DNA of 64,000 nucleotides, taken from positions 159,016-223,015 of the IMG/VR virus record IMGVR_UViG_3300021511_000003. The stretch is one strand, 5' to 3'. Position numbers and translations under genes: made by a program. Of this stretch, positions 1 through 9,046 are shown piece by piece. Under the pieces are notes generated by a model. That model was not told the origin of the DNA and made no database searches. It saw only the letters and a program-made list of their open reading frames with translations. The stretch's first letter is position 1. Each line of letters opens with the position of its first letter.

Positions 1-236
1 AATCTACCATTTTCTGTCATGAGTTTTATATTGCTACCATCTAATTTTTCTACTGCAAAAGTATCTTTATCCTCAAATACCCACTCATATCCAGGAGTGA
101 TTTCAGTAGTTACTAAATATGCAGATGGTCTTCGTAATTGTAATTTTCTTCCATATTTTTTCCATTCAGTTATGTTCACGTCAAAGTCCTTTCTAATAAA
201 AGGACATTGTAGTTTTGGAAAGTTTGTTAGTACCAT
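1..236 (-). CDS. ATP-dependent RNA ligase-like protein, N-terminal part (runs off window edge)
   Basis: Not in ORF track. Manual translation from ATG at 236: MVLTNFPKLQCPFIRK...PGYEWVFEDKDTFAVEKLDGSNIKL, containing ligase motif I KxDG. Confidence 0.7.
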   Translation of the reverse strand, partial: MVLTNFPKLQCPFIRKDFDVNITEWKKYGRKLQLRRPSAYLVTTEITPGYEWVFEDKDTFAVEKLDGSNIKLMTENGR

Positions 237-262
237 TTTTACACCTATATGTATTATTGTGT

Positions 263-1174
263 TTATTCAGTTATTGTTCTTAATTTATTAATATACATTT
301 CCATTTCATCAAGAACTGAATTGATTGAGATATTCGTTGTAATTGCATTTTTTAAAGAACCATAATGATGCTCGAGACATTGAAGAAGTAAAGATTTGAT
401 TTTATCTTCATCTGGAGAATGTTGTAATGAACTAAATGTATATAATGACTCAAGTTCTTTTTCTTTTATTTTAAAGTATTCAACTAATTGGTCTTGACTC
501 CATTCACCACTTCTAATTGATTTTAACTGTTCTCTATTTCTTTCAAGATCAAGATTATGTTCAGTTAGTATTTGTTCTATTTCATTTAATAAACGAACTA
601 CATGATATGCAAATTTTAAATCATATCCATATTTCTGAATCATATCATATCGTGAACTTCCAGGTTCAGGATTTTTAATTTTCATTTTATGAAGTTGGCT
701 ATAAGCATACCCTTTAAATCTATACCATGCTCCTTTATGAAGAAACAATTTTCGGTTTTCTCTGACTAATTCACCTACAGCAGTAGAATGTAAAATACAC
801 CGTATAGGAACGAAAAGAGAGTCAATCATATTGGGATTATTTTGCATACACAATTGAAAATATTTAACAATTGAATATATAGTAAAATCATATTCTTTTT
901 TAGCACTTATATCATTTACATGGTGTTGTTGCCATTGTTCAAATCTTTTATGTTGTTTTCCAAACCCTTGAATTATTCCATTTAAATTAGGAAATACAAC
1001 ATGTTTTGGTGGAATACAAAATCCATAAATATCCATATCTGATGTATCAGATGAAACACCATAAGCAACAGACCCCATAATTACTTCATATTGTACATTG
1101 TTTTTTAGAAATCCAGGTGGTCGAATTAATTGCCTGGATGTTAGTCTATCAATAATTGATCCCATATATATCAC
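263..1174 (-). CDS. DNA polymerase beta-superfamily nucleotidyltransferase (RlaP/YcgL-like)
   Basis: GSVAYG...SDMDIYG pol-beta signature, NPNMIDSLF, YDLKFAYHVVRLL. Confidence 0.75.
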   Translation of the reverse strand: MIYMGSIIDRLTSRQLIRPPGFLKNNVQYEVIMGSVAYGVSSDTSDMDIYGFCIPPKHVVFPNLNGIIQGFGKQHKRFEQWQQHHVNDISAKKEYDFTIYSIVKYFQLCMQNNPNMIDSLFVPIRCILHSTAVGELVRENRKLFLHKGAWYRFKGYAYSQLHKMKIKNPEPGSSRYDMIQKYGYDLKFAYHVVRLLNEIEQILTEHNLDLERNREQLKSIRSGEWSQDQLVEYFKIKEKELESLYTFSSLQHSPDEDKIKSLLLQCLEHHYGSLKNAITTNISINSVLDEMEMYINKLRTITE

Positions 1175-1198
1175 CTTTTATATCATGACCTATATAAA

Positions 1199-2545
1199 TT
1201 AAATTTTTATTCTCTTTATAATTTTAATAAGGTCTTTTTTATTATTCACTATTGGATTTTCAATCACTGCATCAAGTAATATCTTGAGAATTTTACCAAC
1301 GTTTGGTCCTGGTGGAATATTTATACATTCCATTACATCTTTACCATTAATTGCTAAATCTGTAACATTAAATTCTCCAGATAAGGTTATGTGCCTAGCT
1401 TCATAAATCATCATAACCATTTTTTTCAATTCTGTTTTTGAATAATCAGAAACTCCCAAATTTCCTTTTTTATCAGCTACTTTTAATTTAAACCAATCTT
1501 TCCAATTGACCTTATGTTCAGAAAAGAGTCGTAGCATTCTTCTTACCCCTTTTCTTTTTATATCTTTTGATAAACTTCTCATATGAAATCTTGTTAGATC
1601 ACTTACTCGTTTAATTTCATCTTTACTAAATACATATTTGTTCATCCACTCTTTAACAAGTCTTTGACCAATATCTTCATGATCAACAAAATTTTCTTCG
1701 TTTGATTCTATCCATGCATCAGGTTTGCCAATATCATGAATATATCCTGTTAATCTTAATATAGGATCTTTTGGTGAAATATTATCACCAACTAATTTAA
1801 AATGTGTACATAAAGTTTCATTGTGATATTTACCACCAGGAAACCCATATAGTCTATCAAGTTCAGGAAATATATTTTTTAATAAGCCTGTTTCATGTAA
1901 TACATCGAAAAATATACTTGGTTTTTTGTATGGCATTGCTTTCATAAATTCAAGTCTTATTCTTTCCGGTGAAACTTTTAATATAAGATCGCAATTTTTT
2001 TTAATTGCTAAAAAGGTAGATTGATCTAAGGTTCCTTCAATCAGGCAAGTAAATCTTGCGGCACGGATCATTCTTAAATAGTCTTCATAAATTCGTTGTT
2101 CAGCATTTCCTACAAACCTTATAATTTTATTTTCAAGATCTTTTCTACCGTTGAATTTATCTATCACTTCACCAGTATAAGGACATACTGCCATGGCGTT
2201 AAATGTAAAATCTCTACGCATTAAATCATCATCTAAAGTTTCGCACGCAGTAGTAATACAATTATGACGCCCAGGTTTCATATTTTTATCAGATCTATAT
2301 GTTGAAACCTCAATACTATCTATTAATGTTACAAGAAAGCTTGCTCCTACAAGATCTACTTTACGATCAGGAAAGATATGTGCAAGATCATCGGGGGTTG
2401 CATCTGTAACAATATCATAATCATGAGGATCAAAATCTGCAAATATATCTCGTACTGCTCCTCCAACTAAATACGCACTCCAACCACATTCACATATTCT
2501 TTGAATTAACTTATCACTTAATTCTTCTTCAGTATTGCTTTTCAT
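1199..2545 (-). CDS. cca: CCA tRNA nucleotidyltransferase with HD domain
   Basis: LVGGAVRD, DYDIVT, DLMRRDFTFNAMA, EDYLRMIRAARF, HDIGKP (HD). Confidence 0.9.
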   Translation of the reverse strand: MKSNTEEELSDKLIQRICECGWSAYLVGGAVRDIFADFDPHDYDIVTDATPDDLAHIFPDRKVDLVGASFLVTLIDSIEVSTYRSDKNMKPGRHNCITTACETLDDDLMRRDFTFNAMAVCPYTGEVIDKFNGRKDLENKIIRFVGNAEQRIYEDYLRMIRAARFTCLIEGTLDQSTFLAIKKNCDLILKVSPERIRLEFMKAMPYKKPSIFFDVLHETGLLKNIFPELDRLYGFPGGKYHNETLCTHFKLVGDNISPKDPILRLTGYIHDIGKPDAWIESNEENFVDHEDIGQRLVKEWMNKYVFSKDEIKRVSDLTRFHMRSLSKDIKRKGVRRMLRLFSEHKVNWKDWFKLKVADKKGNLGVSDYSKTELKKMVMMIYEARHITLSGEFNVTDLAINGKDVMECINIPPGPNVGKILKILLDAVIENPIVNNKKDLIKIIKRIKI

Positions 2546-2563
2546 AACATACCTTTTTATTTA

Positions 2564-2640
2564 TGGGGTGACCAACGGGATTTGAACCCGTATAACAAGG
2601 GCCACAACCTTGCCTCTGAAACCATTCGAGTATAGCCACC
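2564..2640 (-). tRNA. tRNA-His(GUG), G-1 and CCA encoded
   Basis: Anticodon arm CAAGG-TTGTGGC-CCTTG; acceptor GTGGCTA/TGGTCAC, C73. Confidence 0.93.
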
Positions 2641-2644
2641 ATAA

Positions 2645-3046
2645 TTAGTTTAACTTATTTTCAAATGGAACAAACCAACTTTTCCATGATTTTTCTGTTA
2701 CAATTTCTTTTAATTTTGTTGTTGTTAAATTCATAGGAATGTCTTGTAATTTTTTATACGTCCCCAATTTTTTTGTGGCTTCTAAAATGGGAATGTTTTC
2801 ATTACATAACAAACACCTATATGTATCAGCGGTATTTATAATATTTTTAATTGAATTTGCAATATCTGGATATATGTATTCTAACATAGTTGCTCTAGTG
2901 AAAAGTTCTCCTGTTTGAACATGTATATTAATAAATTCTTTCATTAATAACCATATATTTTTATTTTCTCGTATTTTATATTCTTTTTTTATATATCTAT
3001 CATTAGTTTTGACAGATATATATTTTCTATTCTTTCTTTCCAACAT
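2645..3046 (-). CDS. hypothetical protein
   Basis: 133-aa ORF co-oriented with neighbours. Confidence 0.5.
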   Translation of the reverse strand: MLERKNRKYISVKTNDRYIKKEYKIRENKNIWLLMKEFINIHVQTGELFTRATMLEYIYPDIANSIKNIINTADTYRCLLCNENIPILEATKKLGTYKKLQDIPMNLTTTKLKEIVTEKSWKSWFVPFENKLN

Positions 3047-3299
3047 CTGTCACCTCAGTGTTTATTTTTCAATACATTGTAGGGCACATATATAACAGTA
3101 ATATTCTCGGTTCGGCATTTTGTAAGTACTTTCGTTAAAAATTGAAGGCTTTCCACCTTATCGCCAGGTTTGCTCATTGAGTAGTTAGCACTTTATTAAG
3201 ACGATTGGTCACGTCACCATTTCTGGCTTTGGTTGCCACTGGACTATTGCCAACGAAGATTGACCATATAGGGATATATCTTGAAGGCTCATTATTTTT

Positions 3300-3376
3300 T
3301 GGTGGAACTCCTCTGTATCGAACAGAGTTCTTTCGGGGATTCAACCGGACGATATGACCTCATTAGCTAGAATCGC
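3300..3376 (-). pseudogene. degenerate tRNA-like element (GAA/Phe-like anticodon)
   Basis: Perfect T arm CTCTG-TTCGATA-CAGAG and ACCA end, but mismatches in acceptor, D and anticodon stems; loop TTGAATC has a pyrimidine at 37. Confidence 0.5.
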
Positions 3377-3632
3377 CTCCTTTTCCACCTTCATGTAAAT
3401 TATAATAATTATTAGAAGATACACAGTTATATTTTTTATATAAAAAATCTCGAGTTTATTGAGTTCATCTTTACTTTTTGCTTTCTTGATAATTTTTATT
3501 TTAAACTTGGATTTCCATATTTTTTAATACAACACCACTACCAAGATTCAATGGTTTGAATTTTCCTTTGCTTTGCCCTATATATTTTTTACCATTGATA
3601 AGGTTTGTTGTCTCGTATATATAACCGTACAT
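3363..3632 (-). pseudogene. GIY-YIG (Seg-like) homing endonuclease remnant, frameshifted
   Basis: MYGYIYETTNLINGKKYIGQSKGKFKPLNLGSGVVLK then shifted frame KYG...DELNKLEIFYIKKYNC...YNLHEGGKGG. Confidence 0.75.
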
Positions 3633-3898
3633 TATTTCCCCTTAACATTAGCCCAAGCGGTTACTCCCATATACGCACCAATTATAGAGGTCATAGCAAA
3701 ATAAAACCATGTAATTGTTTCAGATAATATATTAAGTTTTTCATTTGAAATTGGAGCGAATAAAAGAATTAATGTAAACGTTAACATAGATAACAGTGCA
3801 ATCCAACCCATTTTTCTTCTACCTCTCCATTTATTCCGTTCTAATTCATATTCTTTTTCTTTTAAATCCAAATTATCTAAAGATATAGGGTCTACCAT
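3632..3898 (-). CDS. small two-TM membrane protein
   Basis: Two hydrophobic stretches (GWIALLSMLTFTLILLF; WFYFAMTSIIGAYMGV). Confidence 0.6.
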   Translation of the reverse strand: MVDPISLDNLDLKEKEYELERNKWRGRRKMGWIALLSMLTFTLILLFAPISNEKLNILSETITWFYFAMTSIIGAYMGVTAWANVKGK

Positions 3899-3923
3899 AG
3901 TATTACCTCTTATTATATTTAAC

Positions 3924-3998
3924 TGGAGCGGACAATGAGATTCGAACTCATAATCACCTGCTTGGCAAGCAGGTACTCTACCTTTGAGCTATGCCCGC
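3924..3998 (-). tRNA. tRNA-Gly(GCC)
   Basis: CCTGC-TTGCCAA-GCAGG; GCGGGCA acceptor, U73, CCA. Confidence 0.95.
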
Positions 3999-4230
3999 TG
4001 TGTTACTCATTGAAATTGTTAAATCATGATATTTTTGTGTTCTTACTTTTTTATGTTCAGCATTTATTGGATGAAGGGAACCAAACACATGACCGAAACC
4101 ATCCTGGTGTTGATGCATAATAATTTCAATCTTTTTCATTTTTGACTTTTTCATTTTTGACTTTTTCATTTTTATTCCTTTCTTGAATGTATAAAAACTT
4201 ATCTACTTTATCAAAATTATTTAAACCTTT

Positions 4231-4596
4231 TTAGATTCCATTTTTAATACAGTTTTTTATGTCACCAATTTTAAATACAAATGTGATCATTGATGGTCCA
4301 CGCCCAAAATCTATTTCAACCCCTCCTATATGCCCGCCAACAAAAGTCATTCCTTTATTTATTTTCATACTATCAAGCTGCTTTACCATGGCTGGTGGTA
4401 TTGGAGGACCAACTGTGATAGTAATATCTTCAGGAACTATAACTGGTTTGAAATGTCGTACTGGTATAAATTGCATTACTTTAGAATCTTTTTTTAAGAT
4501 ACAAGTTTGACCTTCTTCAAATGCATAAACAGAAGGTAATATACATATTGATATAATTAAAATTGATAATATTACTTTAACAATATTTTTTAACAT
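4231..4596 (-). CDS. hypothetical protein with signal peptide
   Basis: N-terminal hydrophobic leader ending VYA. Confidence 0.55.
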   Translation of the reverse strand: MLKNIVKVILSILIISICILPSVYAFEEGQTCILKKDSKVMQFIPVRHFKPVIVPEDITITVGPPIPPAMVKQLDSMKINKGMTFVGGHIGGVEIDFGRGPSMITFVFKIGDIKNCIKNGI

Positions 4597-4605
4597 AATT
4601 TAACC

Positions 4606-5100
4606 TCAATCCCACCAACTTTCTATATGTTTACTCATTAATTTAAATAAGTATTTAAGATCATTACGTTTTGAGTATTGTTCATGTTTATAAGATGCAT
4701 GAAAATCTTTTTTTTCCTGAATTTTGTCTTTTTCGGTTTTAACATTCGGACGAGTTAGGTGAAGCTGATGCAAGTCAGAATTATTTTTACACACTGTGTA
4801 TGACATTTTAAGTTCACCCCATTTTTTGTCTATATCTTTATATGCCATTATATGATATTCATCTTTGATTAATCGGTCCAGAAGATTAATACATACCTTT
4901 ATTTTATTAGCATCATGTTCTGCATTTAAACTTATTCCTTTATATCGAATAAATTGTTCAGTGAGATGAAGTTTGTGTCGAAGAATTATATAAATATAAT
5001 GATTGTCCCAATTTCTATCTTTCCATATAACAGGAAACCATTTTATTAAATTTTTAATACCATTTTTAAAATTGTATAATAATTCTTTAATTTTCTCCAA
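4606..5100 (-). CDS. hypothetical phage protein
   Basis: 164-aa ORF, WFPVIWKDRNWD...HIESWWD, RBS AAGGAG. Confidence 0.65.
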   Translation of the reverse strand: MEKIKELLYNFKNGIKNLIKWFPVIWKDRNWDNHYIYIILRHKLHLTEQFIRYKGISLNAEHDANKIKVCINLLDRLIKDEYHIMAYKDIDKKWGELKMSYTVCKNNSDLHQLHLTRPNVKTEKDKIQEKKDFHASYKHEQYSKRNDLKYLFKLMSKHIESWWD

Positions 5101-5122
5101 TTTATCTCCTTTTTAAGAGTTT

Positions 5123-5208
5123 TGGAGCGGGCGGCGGGATTCGAACCCGCGATGCATAAATGCGTCAACGTGGAAGGCTGATGGAGTACCGGACTCTCCA
5201 ACGCCCGC
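5123..5208 (-). tRNA. tRNA-Gly(UCC) with 14-nt variable arm
   Basis: TCAGC-CTTCCAC-GTTGA; variable region CGCATTTATGCATC; acceptor GCGGGCG/CGCCCGC, U73, CCA. Confidence 0.9.
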
Positions 5209-5313
5209 TATTTATTATTTGATAAATTATATAATTCTTCCATGATTTTTGGATTATCTATCTATATATTCTTCTGTTGCTTTTAACAGTTCCTTTCATT
5301 TGAAATTAAATGA

Positions 5314-5946
5314 CTAAGTTTTTGGAGTTAGATAAAAATATTTTCGTTCGTTATTATATTTACCCATGAAATATTGTCTTTCATATGTATAATATTTTTT
5401 TGTATGTTTTTTCATGTAATTAATTGTATTCATTGAATGAAAAGATATTATTAATATTGGACAATGTTTTGAAAAATCAAATGTACTGAGTATTTTATCT
5501 TCCCAATTCTCTACATCCATTTTTATTAAATCTGGAAGAGGTAGATTATTTTGTTTAATAAAGTCATAAAGAACAACTGTTTGTACTTCACTTTTATATA
5601 TCCTTGAACGATTATCTGTAGGATATTTTATTGAGTCATCATCCCTTCCTAATAAAAAGTTTTTGTCAAATGATGAACCCCCATCTTTTACAGGTACATT
5701 ATATAATGTTAATTTTTCATTTTTATTACTTACGCCAATATTGAAACTATTAATTTTATTTCCAAATTTACTGACTAATAAATTATATGGATTTGAAGCA
5801 GGATCAAATGCATATATATTGACATTGATTTTTATTAATTGATTGAATAAGTTAATTGTATCTCTATTTGGATATGCACCTAAATCATAATAATTTTTAT
5901 AATTATGAAGTTTACATAACTTAACTATCAACTCTTCTTTTGTCAT
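5314..5946 (-). CDS. FkbM-family SAM-dependent methyltransferase
   Basis: YDLGA (motif I), IYAFDP, PDLIKMDVE; ends in TAG. Confidence 0.7.
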   Translation of the reverse strand: MTKEELIVKLCKLHNYKNYYDLGAYPNRDTINLFNQLIKINVNIYAFDPASNPYNLLVSKFGNKINSFNIGVSNKNEKLTLYNVPVKDGGSSFDKNFLLGRDDDSIKYPTDNRSRIYKSEVQTVVLYDFIKQNNLPLPDLIKMDVENWEDKILSTFDFSKHCPILIISFHSMNTINYMKKHTKKYYTYERQYFMGKYNNERKYFYLTPKT

Positions 5947-6045
5947 ATTTTATATGTCCAGATTTTCAATGTTATTTTGTATAATGGTTCTCCATTAACT
6001 GAAATTGGGATTATTTCTGATATATTCAAATCCTTTATTTTAAAA

Positions 6046-6122
6046 TGGTAGCGACAACTGGAATTGAACCAGTGACCTATGCCTTATCAAGACATTGCTC
6101 TACCCGACTGAGCTATGCCGCT
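6046..6122 (-). tRNA. tRNA-Ile(GAU)
   Basis: ATGTC-TTGATAA-GGCAT; canonical cloverleaf, CCA. Confidence 0.95.
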
Positions 6123-6156
6123 ATTTAATATTTGTTCTAATTATTCTATAATAATG

Positions 6157-6236
6157 TGGCTGACGGGGTGGGAGTCGAACCCACATCTTCTTGGTTAACA
6201 GCCAAGCGCTTCACTGCCATTCTGAGCTACCCGTCA
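6157..6236 (-). tRNA. tRNA-Asn(GUU)
   Basis: CTTGG-CTGTTAA-CCAAG; U1-A72, G73, CCA. Confidence 0.93.
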
Positions 6237-6425
6237 AAAAACATTAATACCATTATCAATATGTTTTGCTTCAATGACCATTTTGATATAATCTTCTTCA
6301 GATTTGACTTTCCAATATTTTACAACATATGGAGAATTAAAATATTCAGGATCCGATTCGACTACAATAAAAGGCTTCCAAATTATTTGACCATTTGTAT
6401 GTAAATAATAATAACCTGGTTTCAT
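6234..6425 (-). CDS. small hypothetical protein (true start MKPGYYYLH)
   Basis: ORF-track upstream extension overlaps a tRNA; ATG at 6425 follows AAGGA. Confidence 0.55.
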   Translation of the reverse strand: MKPGYYYLHTNGQIIWKPFIVVESDPEYFNSPYVVKYWKVKSEEDYIKMVIEAKHIDNGINVF

Positions 6426-6443
6426 AAATATCCTTAAAAATTG

Positions 6444-6520
6444 TGGTAGTCCCGGGAGGACTTGAACCTCTCTTCTTACCGTTATAAGCGATGCGCTCTG
6501 ACCAGTTGAGCTACGGGACC
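6444..6520 (-). tRNA. tRNA-Ile(UAU)
   Basis: Loop CTTATAA, anticodon TAT; acceptor GGTCCCG/CGGGACT, A73, CCA. Confidence 0.88.
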
Positions 6521-6582
6521 ATATACATGATTTAATCATCTATATATATTAACTAATGATTTATATTAAATCATTTTTAAAT

Positions 6583-6658
6583 TGGTGGACCGGAAGGGAC
6601 TCGAACCCTCAACCTTTGCCTTGCAGGGGCATTGCTCACCCAATTGAGCTACCAGCCC
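6583..6658 (-). tRNA. tRNA-Ala(UGC), C33
   Basis: G3:U70 pair; loop CCTGCAA. Confidence 0.9.
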
Positions 6659-6666
6659 ATTATGAA

Positions 6667-6746
6667 TGGCGCCCATGACGGGAATTGAACCCGTAAATTA
6701 AGGTTGACAACCTTACGTAGTTCGCCTAACCTACTACCACATGGGC
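6667..6746 (-). tRNA. tRNA-Asp(GUC)
   Basis: TAAGG-TTGTCAA-CCTTA; GCCCATG/CATGGGC, G73, CCA. Confidence 0.93.
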
Positions 6747-7124
6747 ATTAAAATTTTATCTTTCTACTTTTGATCCAGCCTTTTGCTAACCATGATAAAA
6801 GGTCTATTGATAGAATAATTTTATTTTTTTCCTTTAAATAATATTTATATATCTAAAAAGTTTACATTAAAATGAAATATTTTTTTTCATTGAATAAATT
6901 TTTAATTACCTTCATTACAGGCATATTAATTTCCTCTGATTTCTTTTGTTTATAACATTCGACTATTAATCCTTGACTCAATGCAAATTTTTTTACCTCT
7001 TCAACAGTGAATATTTGCTCATAAGCAAAAATATCATTAATATCAAGTAATTTAAAAAAGTCAATATGATTTGTTAGAAATCTAAAATATCGTATTTTTT
7101 CATAATAAATCCTTTTTCAAAAAA

Positions 7125-7198
7125 TGGCAGGTCAGTGGGATTTGAATCCAACTTCTGGGTTTGGAGTCCAGTATTCTTACCGTTAGAACTACTGACCT
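7125..7198 (-). tRNA. tRNA-Trp(CCA), irregular T arm
   Basis: Loop CTCCAAA; AGGTCAG/CTGACCT, G73; T arm one nt short. Confidence 0.75.
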
Positions 7199-7210
7199 GT
7201 AAATATTTTT

Positions 7211-7289
7211 TGGTGACCCCGACGGGACTCGAACCCGTGTATTGAGGGTGAAGGCCTCATATCCTTATGCCTATTAGGACTACGGGGTC
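7211..7289 (-). tRNA. tRNA-Glu(UUC), C33
   Basis: TGAGG-CCTTCAC-CCTCA; GACCCCG/CGGGGTC, CCA. Confidence 0.9.
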
Positions 7290-7791
7290 ATTGTTTAACT
7301 TTTCTACACTTATCACATAATGTTGTAAGCCAACCATCACTATTTAATGTACCAGCTTTACCACATACTTCACATACATATTGAGACAATTCTTCAGCAT
7401 CATTAACAAAATCTTGAATTTTTTCCTCTGTAGATTTCCATATATATTTTCGTTTGAAATGTATGATACTATTATATTGTACACCTAATTTATGATTATA
7501 CATGAAGTTTCGAAATTTGTTTGCCAAAGAATCAATATAAGTTGGTTTATATTCAAGATGATAGTAAAAATTTAATACACCAAATTTTTCTTTGATTTGG
7601 TCAGCAATTATTTTTACTCCTGTTTTGTCAGATATAGTTTGAAGTTCTTGTAATAAATTTTCAAGAATAGCATACCAACCATCACCATGACTCATACCCC
7701 ATGCCATACAAGTATATCGCATATCACCACCATAGTCTTTGAGTATAACTGGGTATTTATTTTTTAGTTTCAATTCAAGTTCTACGTTCAT
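7288..7791 (-). CDS. hypothetical phage protein with C-terminal Cys pairs
   Basis: GDGWY...QIKEKFG...CEVCG...LCDKC. Confidence 0.65.
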   Translation of the reverse strand: MNVELELKLKNKYPVILKDYGGDMRYTCMAWGMSHGDGWYAILENLLQELQTISDKTGVKIIADQIKEKFGVLNFYYHLEYKPTYIDSLANKFRNFMYNHKLGVQYNSIIHFKRKYIWKSTEEKIQDFVNDAEELSQYVCEVCGKAGTLNSDGWLTTLCDKCRKVKQ

Positions 7792-8105
7792 GTGTATAAT
7801 TCCTTTATATCAAAATAAACTATTTTCGAAGGTCTTTTTTTAAAGACCACTGGACGAAGATCATCCGGATGCCATAAATAAGTTTTTATTATTGCAGCAC
7901 GGACATAATTTTCGGTTGTAATCTTGTCTATTTGATAAGGATGACCAGCCATTTTGCGCATAACAGAATTAACACCAAATAATTCTTTAGTAGTTTCTAT
8001 ATCCTCGTTTATAACAACTGTCATACCAACTTTCATTATATCTGGATGCATTTTTAAAATCCTTTTTATTGGTGGACCAGCTGGGAGTCGAACCCAGTTC
8101 CGCAA
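7788..8105 (-). CDS. hypothetical protein (true start probably downstream of tmRNA 3' end)
   Basis: ORF 5' part overlaps tmRNA end. Confidence 0.45.
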   Translation of the reverse strand: MRNWVRLPAGPPIKRILKMHPDIMKVGMTVVINEDIETTKELFGVNSVMRKMAGHPYQIDKITTENYVRAAIIKTYLWHPDDLRPVVFKKRPSKIVYFDIKELYT

Positions 8106-8455
8106 AAATTCAAATTAAGTATCTACACTCATAGTCAACTTTTAGATTTAGTTACCCCCACGTTCAAACACGGAGTTGACATAACAACGGAGCCAACGGT
8201 GTACATTTGCTGGTAAGTTTGAAAATAAGAATGCCAGTTTGCAGTACCATTGCCCATTCTTATTTCGATCTCTTTACGTCGATGCCCCATCCCAATTCAA
8301 GAGAATAATTGGGTGGAACAGATTAAGCAGCTTTTGCGAAATCGGTGTAATAATCGTCTGCAATTATTGTTAGTGATAATGTTTTTACGGAGTAACATAT
8401 CATTCTCCGGAGTGCAACTTTTTTTTCTTTTCCACGTCGAAACCTTTTCTGGCCC
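8070..8455 (-). ncRNA. ssrA: tmRNA, tag peptide (A)ADDYYTDFAKAA
   Basis: 5' GGGCCAGAAAAGGTTTCGAC; 3' T arm CTGGG-TTCGACT-CCCAG and CTGGTCC-ACCA with G3:U70; tag ORF at 8361-8323 after ATAATT. Confidence 0.93.
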
Positions 8456-8463
8456 ATATAAAT

Positions 8464-9021
8464 TTATAAGTTCAATAATATATTTTTAATAAAGTTTCCA
8501 TCAGATCCTTTAAATCGTTTCATGATTGGACCCATTGCTTGCATTTTATTCTTGAATCTACTCATATCAAGCCCTTTTATATATCTAATAATTTCTTCTT
8601 TATTTACTTGAGCAGGAAGATATTTTTTAGCGATTTTAATATTATGTGATATTAATTTATCGTCCAACTTTTGAATTTTATCTTTGACTATTTTTTTAAC
8701 TTCTGCTGGAGTCTTACCAGATACATCAGCTTCTTTTAAAAATTTTAGCTCATACAATCTTCTTTCTTTTTCTTGATTTATATATTTTTTCAATAACTTG
8801 ATGATATCATCATCGGTAATATCTTTTGATTTTTTTCCAGTTTCAGGGAACATACTTATAATTGCTCTTGAAACTGTTTTTTGTGCAATCATAATGTTAT
8901 ATGCTGTTTTAGTTTCTTTACTGTTAGCCAAAAATACAATAACTCCTTTCTTTCTATATTTTATTTCAATTTCCATTGCGTATTTCAGATCAGCTCTTAT
9001 TCTTTTTAATATTTTACTCAT
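8464..9021 (-). CDS. GatB/YqeY domain protein
   Basis: IRADLKYAM...DDDIIKLLKK...KKYLPAQVNKEEI...MGPIMK matches the YqeY pattern. Confidence 0.75.
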   Translation of the reverse strand: MSKILKRIRADLKYAMEIEIKYRKKGVIVFLANSKETKTAYNIMIAQKTVSRAIISMFPETGKKSKDITDDDIIKLLKKYINQEKERRLYELKFLKEADVSGKTPAEVKKIVKDKIQKLDDKLISHNIKIAKKYLPAQVNKEEIIRYIKGLDMSRFKNKMQAMGPIMKRFKGSDGNFIKNILLNL

Positions 9022-9046
9022 TATTTTATCCCATTTATTTTCTGTA

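Noticed and set aside
5260-5302. Cold-shock-like start MKGTVK on the minus strand
   Set aside because: Only six residues match before an early stop; no CSD motifs.
7211-7289. Reading the Glu tRNA loop as UCA (opal/Sec)
   Set aside because: The perfect TGAGG/CCTCA stem fixes a 7-nt loop centred on TTC; no Sec-type long arms.
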